Below are positions 19,512 to 28,553 of a DNA stretch of 64,000 nt, in pieces (within the stretch, counting starts at the first letter, position 1; every line of letters starts with the position of its first letter). Position numbers and translations under genes: made by a program. Below the pieces are notes generated by a model that searched no databases, was not told where the DNA came from, and was given only the letters and a program-made list of their open reading frames with translations. Origin of the DNA: an uncultured Clostridia bacterium (lineage in GTDB: Bacteria; Bacillota; Clostridia; Lachnospirales; Lachnospiraceae); contig CAOKDX010000012.1 in assembly GCA_948467395.1 (NCBI GenBank), positions 10,011 through 74,010 of the forward strand. Direction: 5' to 3'.

Positions 19512-19865
19512 TTATTTCATTTTTGATTTAAACACCAGACTCGCCAGATATCCCATGATCAGCGCCCCGGAAATCCCTACGGCAGCACTCTCCAGACCGC
19601 CGTAAAAAGTACCGATAAATCCCTGGTTATCCACGGCCTCCTTCACTCCCTTGAACAACAGATGCCCAAAGCCGATCAACGGCACCGTGGCACCCGCCCT
19701 GGCCCACTCGGCGAAGGGATGGTACAGATGAAAGAAGCTCAATATGGCACCCGTACACACCAGTCCCACCATGATTCTCCCCGGCAGAAGTTTTGTATTG
19801 TCCATAACAATCTGGACGACGGCACAAATAGCGCCTCCCACAAGAAATGCAATAAGATAGTCCAT
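19512..19865 (-). CDS. spoVAE: stage V sporulation protein AE (SpoVAEb-like)
   Basis: MDYLIAFLVGGAICAVVQIVMD...AGATVPLIGFG aligns by eye with B. subtilis SpoVAEb. It starts 2 nt after the spoVAD stop. Confidence 0.85.
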   Translation of the reverse strand: MDYLIAFLVGGAICAVVQIVMDNTKLLPGRIMVGLVCTGAILSFFHLYHPFAEWARAGATVPLIGFGHLLFKGVKEAVDNQGFIGTFYGGLESAAVGISGALIMGYLASLVFKSKMK

Positions 19866-19866
19866 T

Positions 19867-20931
19867 TTATTTAACCTCCGTTTCCTTTCCCGAGACTGCT
19901 TCCAGTACCACGCCGTGGGCGATACCGGGAATCGAATTTCCTTCATTAAAGCTTACGGTGGAGAGCAGGGCTCCCGTCGGAACAAACAGTACTCTCTGCC
20001 ATTCGTTCTTCCGCATCTTTTCCAGAATATAACCGCACAGGGTAATGGCGCTGCAGCCACAGCCGCTGCCGCCGGCATTGGTATCCTGCTCCTTGTTATA
20101 ATAGATCTCCGTGCCGCAGTCAAAGTGCTGCGGCTCAATATCGTATCCATAGCCATGCATCATGTCAATCAGGATACGCTGCCCGATGGTGCCCAGATCC
20201 CCAGTGATAATGCGGTCATAATAGCCTGGGCCGATTCCGAGATCTTTAAAGTTGTGTAAAATGACGTCTGCCGCCGCCGGCGCCATGCAGGCCCCCATAT
20301 TCATGCTGTCCTTAATCCCATAATCCGTGATGATCCCCGTGGTGATTCCCGCCACTTCCACATAGCCTGTCTCTTTTCTCCTCCACCGGGCCTCCGAGGA
20401 CGCCAAAACTACCGCACCGCTTCCCGTCACCGTCCAGGTGGCGGAATACGGTCTCTGGCTTCCATAGGCCAGGGGATAGCGGAACTGTTTTTCCGCACTG
20501 GCAAAATGGCTGGATGTCAGCGCCACGACATAATCCGCATATCCGCCGTCCACAAGCATGGAACCAATGGCAAGGGATTCCCCCATCGTACTGCAGGCTC
20601 CATAAACGCCAAACATCGGAATGTTGAAATTCATAATGCCAAAGGATGTGGCGATCAGCTGCCCCAGCAGATCCCCCGCCACCAGATACCGGACCTCTTT
20701 GGGCTCCAGCCCCGCTTTCCTCAGGGCCACCTGAGTGGCCAGTTGCTGCATCTTGCTTTCCGCTTCCTCCCATGTCTCCGCACCAAATAGAGGATCGTTC
20801 TCTACCATGTCGTAATATTTGCCAAATGCCCCGTTCCCCTCTTTCTCTCCGGCAACACTTCCGGCACCGATAACCACTGGCGGCCGTCCAAAAAGTATGC
20901 TCCGTCTGCCCACCATTTTGTTCTGACTCAT
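19867..20931 (-). CDS. spoVAD: stage V sporulation protein AD (thiolase-fold)
   Basis: SpoVAD-like N-terminus (PPVVIGAGSVAGEKEGNGAFGKYYD...DPLFGAETWEEAESKM). Start at ATG 20931 with a GGAAGGGA RBS. Confidence 0.9.
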   Translation of the reverse strand: MSQNKMVGRRSILFGRPPVVIGAGSVAGEKEGNGAFGKYYDMVENDPLFGAETWEEAESKMQQLATQVALRKAGLEPKEVRYLVAGDLLGQLIATSFGIMNFNIPMFGVYGACSTMGESLAIGSMLVDGGYADYVVALTSSHFASAEKQFRYPLAYGSQRPYSATWTVTGSGAVVLASSEARWRRKETGYVEVAGITTGIITDYGIKDSMNMGACMAPAAADVILHNFKDLGIGPGYYDRIITGDLGTIGQRILIDMMHGYGYDIEPQHFDCGTEIYYNKEQDTNAGGSGCGCSAITLCGYILEKMRKNEWQRVLFVPTGALLSTVSFNEGNSIPGIAHGVVLEAVSGKETEVK

Positions 20932-20964
20932 AAAATCCCTTCCTTTCAGGCATACTACTATTGG

Positions 20965-20995
20965 TAGCATTCCAGAAAAAAAGGGATTTTATTCA
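20965..20995 (-). promoter_or_regulatory. forespore (sigma-G/F-like) promoter candidate upstream of spoVAD
   Basis: On the minus strand: TGAATA (20995-20990), 18-nt spacer, AATGCTA (20971-20965), about 30 nt upstream of the spoVAD ATG. Same architecture as the site at 30289-30319. Confidence 0.4.
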
Positions 20996-22066
20996 TTAAA
21001 GCATCTGTTTTCTTATTTCTTCTTTATGTTTCAGCCGGTCCCGGATCAGCTCGCCGGCTTTGACAAATTCATCCACCAAATCCGGATCGAACTGCGTGCC
21101 CTTGCCCTCCCGTATGATCTCCATGGATCTCTCATGGGTAAAGGGCTTTTTATAAGGACGCTGCGAGGTCAGGGCATCGTACACATCCACCACGCTCATG
21201 ATCCGTGCCTCAATGGGAATCTCTGTTCCCGACAGCCCCACAGGATAACCGTTGCCGTCCCACCTCTCATGATGGTACAATGCCATATTTTCGGCAATCT
21301 GGAGAAATTCATTTTCGGGGAAGATCTTGCGGATCTTATGGAACGTAGCTCCTCCCAGTTCGGAATGAGTCTGCATGTACTGCATCTCACTTCTCTCAAG
21401 GCCGCTCTGTTTCCTAAGTACATTGTCGTCGATTCCAATCTTGCCTATATCATGAAGGGGTGCCGCGCGGACGGAAAGCTTCACGAATTCCGGCGTTACC
21501 TCGTCCTTATACTGTGGCACATGCTGCAGCACCTCCACGAAGGCTTCATAATAAATCAGCGTATTCTTAATATGCCCGCCGGTGACGCCGTCCCTGGATT
21601 CCACCAGCTCCGCAAATCCGGATGCCAGCATATGCTGCATCTTCTCAACCTCTTCTACCTTCTGCTCCACAATCTCCTCCAGCTCATTCTGGTAGGAATA
21701 GAGCTCCAGCTGCGTGGCAATGCGGCGTTTCATAACCGGCGCCACAAACGGCTTCGTTATAAAATCCACAGCCCCGAGATTGAACCCCTTCACCTCGCTG
21801 ACGGGATCTGCCACTGCCGTAAGGAAGATTACAGGAATGCTCTTGAGCCTGCGGTTGCTCTTCAGCTGGGTGATCATCTCATAGCCATCCATCTCCGGCA
21901 TAATGATATCCAGCAGGATCAGATCCGGCAGCACCTCTTCCATAATCTCAAAGCCCTGTTTTGCCGAGGTTGCCTCATAGAGCGCATAATCCTCCTTCAA
22001 CACCTCACGCGCCGTGGCAAGATTCAGACGCGCATCGTCAATCATCAAAATCTTTTTCCTATCCAT
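20996..22066 (-). CDS. response regulator with an HD-GYP output domain (c-di-GMP phosphodiesterase type)
   Basis: Receiver (ILMIDDARLN...DLILLDIIMPEMDG...KP) plus HD-GYP motifs (LHDIGKIGI, HHERWDGNGYP). Start set at MDRKK (22066). Confidence 0.85.
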   Translation of the reverse strand: MDRKKILMIDDARLNLATAREVLKEDYALYEATSAKQGFEIMEEVLPDLILLDIIMPEMDGYEMITQLKSNRRLKSIPVIFLTAVADPVSEVKGFNLGAVDFITKPFVAPVMKRRIATQLELYSYQNELEEIVEQKVEEVEKMQHMLASGFAELVESRDGVTGGHIKNTLIYYEAFVEVLQHVPQYKDEVTPEFVKLSVRAAPLHDIGKIGIDDNVLRKQSGLERSEMQYMQTHSELGGATFHKIRKIFPENEFLQIAENMALYHHERWDGNGYPVGLSGTEIPIEARIMSVVDVYDALTSQRPYKKPFTHERSMEIIREGKGTQFDPDLVDEFVKAGELIRDRLKHKEEIRKQML

Positions 22067-22226
22067 ATCTATCAAGACCTTCCCCCATTGTAGTTTCACT
22101 CCACTACCTTTATTCTGCAAACCCAATAAACACAACGAACAATTTAACCTCTTACCTAGAATTGTAACACAATTATATGAATTTGACAATGTATTTCCAA
22201 GGTTTCATTTATTTAAGTTCTTTTCT

Positions 22227-24071
22227 TCAGCTATCCTTTTTTGAATATAATATCTTCCCTCCTTTTATTCTTTGGGGATGATCCAAGTCAACACTTCCAG
22301 TAATCCTTCCGTATTTATGTTTCGAGAGCCCCTGCAATGTGTCCGGAACCACTAGTTTATTAATATATTCTCCGACTAAGGAATACTGATTACTGATTTG
22401 TCGGATCCGGGCAGGAATTTCCAGACATCCATCCCGGCAAACCGCAGCTATCAGAATGCCTGTATCACGCTCATATACACATCCGTTTTCCTCTGCCAGA
22501 ATAGAATTATCCTTGTGTACTGTTATACTTCGTATCGAAGAATCATTACCTGTATCGTCCATTATCGCATTTTCATCAAGAATTCTTACAGCAGAGGACA
22601 ATTTTACAGAACGGATCCGGGGAAAATTCCAGGCATTTACTGCATAACTGGCAATTCGGGATACCTTCTCTGGAATCGTTACTGTCTTTTCAGGCATTAG
22701 TACCTGATACAGGACTTTTTTGTCCTTTGACAAAACCATCCCCTTCTCCACACAATGGGTTCTGCAGTTCTTCGGCAGTTCAACTTCCTTTATACGCAGG
22801 CAATTCCTAAAACTATTGACGGATTTAGTAAAATCTGGTTTTAACGGCAGGACAATTTTCTCCAGATTCATACAGTTGAATAGTAGATACTCTGATATCT
22901 TTTCCATTGCTTCTGGGAGAACGATTTCCTCCAAATTTCGGAAACCGCAGAACGATGCCCCTGCTATCTTCTTCACAGATGCTGGACACTGTATTTTTTT
23001 TATATTTGTTTTATCAACATAATCCCCCTTGTCCAGTTCCCATCCATCCAATTCATGGTATGGTTCTAGTGAATTGCCAAATATATCCCAGCAGGAATCC
23101 TCTTTTGGCATCTTGCCAATCTTCACCAGCACAGCACCCTCTACCTCTTCCGGAAAAATAAGTGATTCTGATGTCTCCCCTTTTTTTGTCTCTACTCTGT
23201 AAATCCAGCTGTATTTTCCATCCTCAGACAAATATGCATGATAGATGAGTCCATCGGCCTCTACTGTCATGTCCCGTGATATGACCCAGATTACTCCATC
23301 ACTGTCAGTTTTTGTCTTCTGGGGCAGGTTTTCTTGAATATCTGATCTGCTCTTGCCATTCATCGACTCCGCACCCCAAAAAATATCCTCTCTTACATAA
23401 ACAGCTTTGCCATAATATTCTACATGAGGGATATTTAAAAATGCATTATATCCAATCGTTTCAACCTCATCTGATAATTTTAAATTCCCCATTCGTTCAC
23501 AACCAGAAAAAGCAGACTCGCCAATTATTTGCAGGCTTTCTGGAATCGAGATACCACTAAGCTTAGTGCACCCTTTAAATGCCCTGCTGCCTATTTTTTC
23601 AACTCCCTCTGGAATTATTACTTCATTAAGAGAGCAAAAGCTAAATGTATCCTCTGCAATGGTCGTTATATTATCTGGAAGAATCAATGCGCCTGAGATA
23701 TATCTTTCTACTAAATAATTCCCCTCATTATCGTCAATTGGCGTTGATAATTCACCACTCTCTATTGTTAAAACACCCTGCTTTTCCAGCTCTGCCCAGG
23801 AAGTAAATTGTATGTTTTTCGGAACATACTTCCCATTTCCTTCATATTTTAAAGGGCCAGGTTGATATAATCCTGGTTCCCTTTTCTTATATCTCTTTCC
23901 TTCTTCCGTTTCCAAATCTTTTATCACATTATTGTACTGATAGGTTTCATAACGATTCTCCTGTTTCCCCCATCTTCTGACCCCGTAAACCGCTGCTGTC
24001 AAAAAAACAGCAGCGGTTAAAACCCAGATCATTCTTCTCTTCATGTATTTCACTTTCTCAATTCCTTTCAT
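22227..24071 (-). CDS. membrane-anchored BspA-type leucine-rich-repeat protein (long paralog)
   Basis: N-terminal TM helix (MIWVLTAAVFLTAAVYGV) and repeated units of the I-IP-x-V-x-x-IG-x-x-AF-x-x-C-x-x-L type. Its N-terminal 270 aa are paralogous to the upstream 306-aa protein. The alternative start at 24044 would remove the overlap. Confidence 0.7.
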   Translation of the reverse strand: MKGIEKVKYMKRRMIWVLTAAVFLTAAVYGVRRWGKQENRYETYQYNNVIKDLETEEGKRYKKREPGLYQPGPLKYEGNGKYVPKNIQFTSWAELEKQGVLTIESGELSTPIDDNEGNYLVERYISGALILPDNITTIAEDTFSFCSLNEVIIPEGVEKIGSRAFKGCTKLSGISIPESLQIIGESAFSGCERMGNLKLSDEVETIGYNAFLNIPHVEYYGKAVYVREDIFWGAESMNGKSRSDIQENLPQKTKTDSDGVIWVISRDMTVEADGLIYHAYLSEDGKYSWIYRVETKKGETSESLIFPEEVEGAVLVKIGKMPKEDSCWDIFGNSLEPYHELDGWELDKGDYVDKTNIKKIQCPASVKKIAGASFCGFRNLEEIVLPEAMEKISEYLLFNCMNLEKIVLPLKPDFTKSVNSFRNCLRIKEVELPKNCRTHCVEKGMVLSKDKKVLYQVLMPEKTVTIPEKVSRIASYAVNAWNFPRIRSVKLSSAVRILDENAIMDDTGNDSSIRSITVHKDNSILAEENGCVYERDTGILIAAVCRDGCLEIPARIRQISNQYSLVGEYINKLVVPDTLQGLSKHKYGRITGSVDLDHPQRIKGGKILYSKKDS

Positions 24072-24978
24072 TCATGGATTCTGCCCCCCAGAATTGATCC
24101 CTATTGCCAAAAACAGCAGAACCATGATATTCGATCGATATCACTCCCTGAAACGCGCAGGGGCCAATTTCTTCTACCTGATCGGGTATTGTAAGGTTAT
24201 CTGCTCCACAGCCTCGGAATGCACCACTCCCTATTTTTCTCACGGTGTCTGGAATCTTCACATTTTTCAGCCCCCTGCATTCCCTAAAAGCTCCCTCTCC
24301 GATCTCCAGCAATCCCAGCGAAAGACTTACTTCCGTCACTCCGGAGCATTTATAAAAAGCATTCTTTTCAATTTTTTCCAATCCAATATGAAAAATAATA
24401 CTTTGTAACTTCCCACATGAATCAAATGCCGACTCCCCAATATATTTAACACTTCCCGGAATAGAAACCGACATCAGTTCATTGCAATGGAAAAATGCAT
24501 TTCTCTCAATCTCTTTTAATCCATCTGGCAAAATAATCTCTGTAATATTGCAATTACTAAAAGTCCCTTCTGCAATAGTGGTTATTGTATCTGGCAGAAT
24601 AACTACGCCATCTACATTTTTCTGCGCCAAACTATTGTCCGGACCATAATCCCCTTCAGGCCATGGAGTAGACAGTTCACCATCTTCTACCATTACAATG
24701 CCCTGCCGTTCCAATTCCTCCCAAGAGATAAAGTCTCCCTCCTTCCGCATGAATTGATTGTTTTCATAGCGAAAAGGTCCCTTTCGATACACACCTGGTG
24801 TGGTCAATCGCAGGGGAATCCTGCCTAAATCTATAACAACACCACTTGAACTCTTTCCAGAATGTTTTTCTAATTGAACTCTCTTCATCTGTTTATAATC
24901 GAAAATATATACGACCGAAATAATTAAAACAGTCAGTCCCAAACAAATGATCAGTCTTTTCAATGTTTTCTTTTTCAT
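24058..24978 (-). CDS. membrane-anchored BspA-type leucine-rich-repeat protein (short paralog)
   Basis: N-terminal TM helix (LIICLGLTVLIISVVYIF), LRR units (ILPDGLKEIERNAFFHCNELMSVSIPGSVKYIGESAF) and the shared ending FWGAESMN. Confidence 0.7.
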   Translation of the reverse strand: MKKKTLKRLIICLGLTVLIISVVYIFDYKQMKRVQLEKHSGKSSSGVVIDLGRIPLRLTTPGVYRKGPFRYENNQFMRKEGDFISWEELERQGIVMVEDGELSTPWPEGDYGPDNSLAQKNVDGVVILPDTITTIAEGTFSNCNITEIILPDGLKEIERNAFFHCNELMSVSIPGSVKYIGESAFDSCGKLQSIIFHIGLEKIEKNAFYKCSGVTEVSLSLGLLEIGEGAFRECRGLKNVKIPDTVRKIGSGAFRGCGADNLTIPDQVEEIGPCAFQGVISIEYHGSAVFGNRDQFWGAESMNERN

Positions 24979-25026
24979 CGCTTACTATCCTTCTCTATAT
25001 AATAACAGATTAAATTGATACATCCT

Positions 25027-27000
25027 TTACCCACGATTACATGAGTATGTTTTTAAAGAATTAGCTGCCAGATTACTCAGAATATTCGCATTTCTTTCAA
25101 GCTTGTTAATTGTCCAATTTGTACCCGCTCCTTTATAAGCATTTGCAGGTACAAAATCATATACATTACCGGCTTTTCCACTTACATAGGTACTTAGACT
25201 TTTTTTCGCCACCTTTACTGCAGTACTATAACGTTCTGGAAAAGCATTAGCATCTGTGCGATCTGCCAAACCATTTTTAGGATTATCATTAATTGGTCTT
25301 GGATGATCCAGATGCTGCCACACTCCGTTAATTCTTCCCCATGCACTATGCGAATAAACATCCATGGCATTATGTATCGCCATTCCCCATATGAACAGAC
25401 ATTTATTCTTTTTTGTAGAAGATGACAAAATGCTGGACCATTTCAATCCATTTACTGCATTTGCCATACTTCTTTTATCTGCGTCACTCAGTCCTGCCGG
25501 CTTAGCTGCTTCATACACATTTTTTCCACTTTTTAAAGCAAGTGCCATATTAGTGGCATAAATATAGCTTGAAATATAATTGGAACACTTATATCCTCCA
25601 TGCCAGTAAGGATGGTTCGAAAGTTTTACCGTCGCAGAACATTGATCCGGATAAATGGTGCCCTGTTTAATTACATTAATTTCCGCTTTTGTCAAACTGG
25701 AGTTCACAATGCCGGCTTTATGCGCATCTCCCGACCATCTTCCTTCGACATAATCCACTTCACGAAAAGACAGAATATCTTTTTCATTGGGCTTAATGTC
25801 TGACTGGTTTTTATAAAATTTTTCTCCTTCCTCGTATGTACTTTTAAACTCATCATATATTTTTTCTGCATATGAATAATCAACTATACCATTGCCACAT
25901 TCAGATGCTTTTGTAAACTGGTTTGCACTCACATTGATAAGTTGGCGTATAAATTCTGCTGAAACTGATCTGTCCTTTCCCCATAGCTTCGCAGCGACTC
26001 CCGTAATATGTGGCGCAGACATACTTGTTCCTGCTGTTATTACGACACCTCCAAATGCTCCTGTCGAACAGATTTATTCACCTGGAGCAACAATTTCAAT
26101 TTCTTTACCTTCTGCACTACAGTCGCTAATTTCTCCAGCTGTATTTACTGAACCCACTGCCATAACTTCCTTGTAAGCTGCCGGATATTCAACCAGTTTT
26201 TCATTTCCCGCAGCTGCTATAAGTAATATTCCTTGCTTTTGGGCATCCTGTATTGCCTGATGCAAGGCAGATGAGTCCTGTAATGTACCAAAACTCATAT
26301 TGATTATATTGACCTTTTGTTCCATCGCCCAGTAAATAGCGTCAATAACCCGACTAATAGTTGAACGATTCTCCTTGTCAAATACCTTTGCCGAGTATAT
26401 TTCTGCTTCCGGCGCAATACCAGTAATCCCCTCCCCGTTATCCTGCGCTGCTATGATACCTGCCACACTGGAGCCATGTCCTGTAACATCCACATACAAT
26501 GGTGACACATTTTCTTCTCCTGGTATAAAATTAACACTTCCAGCTAATACAATATCATTATAATCATCCACACCTGAATCAATTACAGCAATTTTTATGT
26601 TCTCCTCTGTGTCTTTTTGATTCGCCTTTTCTGCATGTATCGCCTTCATGTTCCACTCTTTTCCTGTTCTGATGTTCCTATGATTATTCACTGACTTTGA
26701 AGATGCAAATATCTCAATATCTTTCTCAACAATAATCTCATCGTCTTTTTTTCTCAATCTTTCCGCATCCGATTCGGTCATCTCACACACCACTAAATTA
26801 TCATTATTTACAGTTTGTTCTGAATCATTAAACTCCTTGGTCATATTTTTAAGGTCTGCATCCCCTGTTGACATTACTATAAAGTCCTCTGTTCTTTCTT
26901 TTGCCTTTAGTACATCATCACTTTCCTTCCAACCGATATTACACACTGAAAAAAACATAACAACTGCTATCATAACAGCAAAACACCTTTTAATCCCCAT
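25027..27000 (-). pseudogene. S8 subtilisin-family serine peptidase with an uncharacterised C-terminal domain, interrupted by one in-frame TAA (26074-26076)
   Basis: Signal/TM MGIKRCFAVMIAVVMFFSV; catalytic Asp (AVIDSGVD) and His (HGSSVAGI) lie in ORF 26074-27192. Reading through the stop in the same frame gives APGE*ICSTGAFGGVVITAGTSMSAPHITGVAA, so the catalytic Ser motif lies in ORF 25027-26022. Start at ATG 27000 with a GGAAAGGAAGGA RBS. Confidence 0.75.
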
Positions 27001-27198
27001 ACTTATCCTTCCTTTCCTCGTTCCTTCTTGAAGTTTTTTATCAGCTCCCCCATATACACAATCTGCCCGGCACCTCCTCTTTTTTCTCCCTCTATAAATT
27101 ACAACGAAGATAAAAAGCAATATATGACAAAAATCTTTTACAGACAAAAGCAGCGTCACCTCACTAACAGGTTCCGCTGCTCTTCTACCCATGTAGCT

Positions 27199-27900
27199 TT
27201 AATACAGGCTCTCTGCCATCCGAATCAGTTCATCTGCCGTACTCTCCATATTGACAGCGTCCATTCGGTGAAAATACCTGACATCATCCCACTGCACCCA
27301 AGACTGTCTCCCCCTGATGCAATAATCTCCCTCATACCCAGCTATGGAAATCTTTTCTTTCGAATCATACTCCCCATTTGTAAGAATGGACATGGAACCA
27401 CTTATCTCTAACCGATTATAGGAGATAGATGCGTCCTCTGCACCATGCCATTCCAGAAAGAGACCATATTGGTTCGCTTCATCCTTCCCAAGGACAAACC
27501 CCTGTGGAACATATCCCGGAATATCCCGTTTGATTTCTCTTAACGCTTTAGCAGAATAAGCCTTTTCGTCCAGCTCAAGATAATCCCTCTGATCCATCTT
27601 CGCCTGTTCGTCAAAGTCGGCAATATATTTCCACGGCCGAAATCCAAACATTCTGGCACTAACCTCAGTGACAGTCAGAATACTCAGTATCACAAGTACA
27701 ACCACAGCCGCCCGCCTTACCATATATCCGGTATATATTTTTTTGCCAAAGTATTTCGCCGACCACATTAATTTCCTGATCCTCCGTCTGTATCTGGGGA
27801 AAAATTCATGCTGCCCCATCTCTGTTTCCTTTGGCCGGATCAAGTTCATTTCTGCATCAACATAGGTTTGAAATAATTCCTTTATTTCATTATCTTCCAT
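27199..27900 (-). CDS. anti-sigma factor-like membrane protein (DUF4367-like extracytoplasmic domain)
   Basis: Overlaps the ECF sigma gene stop by 11 nt. Central TM helix (AAVVVLVILSILTV) and the GYVPQGFVL... pattern common in DUF4367 anti-sigma partners. Confidence 0.6.
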   Translation of the reverse strand: MEDNEIKELFQTYVDAEMNLIRPKETEMGQHEFFPRYRRRIRKLMWSAKYFGKKIYTGYMVRRAAVVVLVILSILTVTEVSARMFGFRPWKYIADFDEQAKMDQRDYLELDEKAYSAKALREIKRDIPGYVPQGFVLGKDEANQYGLFLEWHGAEDASISYNRLEISGSMSILTNGEYDSKEKISIAGYEGDYCIRGRQSWVQWDDVRYFHRMDAVNMESTADELIRMAESLY

Positions 27901-28387
27901 ATGCCCCCATCTCCTTTCTCAGCTTCTGCCTTCCCCTGTGCAGTCTCTGCAGCACTACCGCCTCAGTCAGGTCCAGAAGCTCAGCAATCTCCCTGGCAGT
28001 AAGCTGATTTACATAGTATAAAATCATCACCTCACTGTATTTCTTTGTAAGGCCGCGAAAGATATCTGTAAATTCAACCTCCTCCAGTCTCTGATCCTTT
28101 GTGATAAAATAGGGAGAAGATTCACATTCCGCAATAGGCACCTCCATCTCTCTTCTCCGTCTCCTCTTTCGGTACAGATCAATGGCAGTACGTTCCGTTA
28201 CAATAATAATAAAGCTCTTGGCCGCTGGGCAGTTTATGTCAGGCAGCCTATCCATATTTCGAACTATTTTCTCCCATGCGTGAAACACCGCATCCTCTGC
28301 ATCCTCACGATTTTTCAGAATATGATATGCCGTCACATACATCAGATCGTTATATTTTTCGTACAGATCCTCTGCCTTTCTAATCAT
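27890..28387 (-). CDS. ECF-type sigma-70 family factor
   Basis: Region 2 (EDAEDAVFHAWEKIV...IIIVTERTAIDLYRKR) and region 4 (ILYYVNQLTAREIAELLDLTEAVVLQRLHRGRQKL). Start set at MIRKAED (28387). Confidence 0.8.
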   Translation of the reverse strand: MIRKAEDLYEKYNDLMYVTAYHILKNREDAEDAVFHAWEKIVRNMDRLPDINCPAAKSFIIIVTERTAIDLYRKRRRRREMEVPIAECESSPYFITKDQRLEEVEFTDIFRGLTKKYSEVMILYYVNQLTAREIAELLDLTEAVVLQRLHRGRQKLRKEMGAYGR

Positions 28388-28479
28388 ATGTATCCTTACC
28401 CCTCTGTTTATACAGACGAATGCCGCCATCATTAACTGACAGCGGCATCAGACTGTGTGCCATATCGATTAACATCTAA

Positions 28480-28508
28480 ATTATATCAATAGATACGCCG
28501 GGTGTAAA
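28480..28508 (-). promoter_or_regulatory. strong sigma-A-type promoter upstream of the ECF sigma gene
   Basis: On the minus strand: TTTACA (28508-28503), 17-nt spacer, TATAAT (28485-28480). It directly abuts the 16-nt direct repeat at 28509-28524. Confidence 0.55.
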
Positions 28509-28553
28509 GTATTTCCACGGTGTCCGGCCCGGTCTCTGCTGCCCCCGGCTGCG

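Noticed and set aside
20951-20957. Exact CATACTA (sigma-G -10 consensus) on the plus strand between the HD-GYP gene and spoVAD.
   Set aside because: The orientation is wrong for the minus-strand spoVAD gene, and no matching -35 lies upstream on the plus strand. It is probably coincidental.
27001-27198. Possible ECF-type promoter (GGAAC-N15-CGCT) and a 7-bp hairpin in the gap between the anti-sigma and subtilase genes.
   Set aside because: The spacing and -10 are off the common GGAAC-N16/17-CGT pattern, and the stem is short with a 19-nt loop. This is too weak to call as a feature and is mentioned only as something to test.
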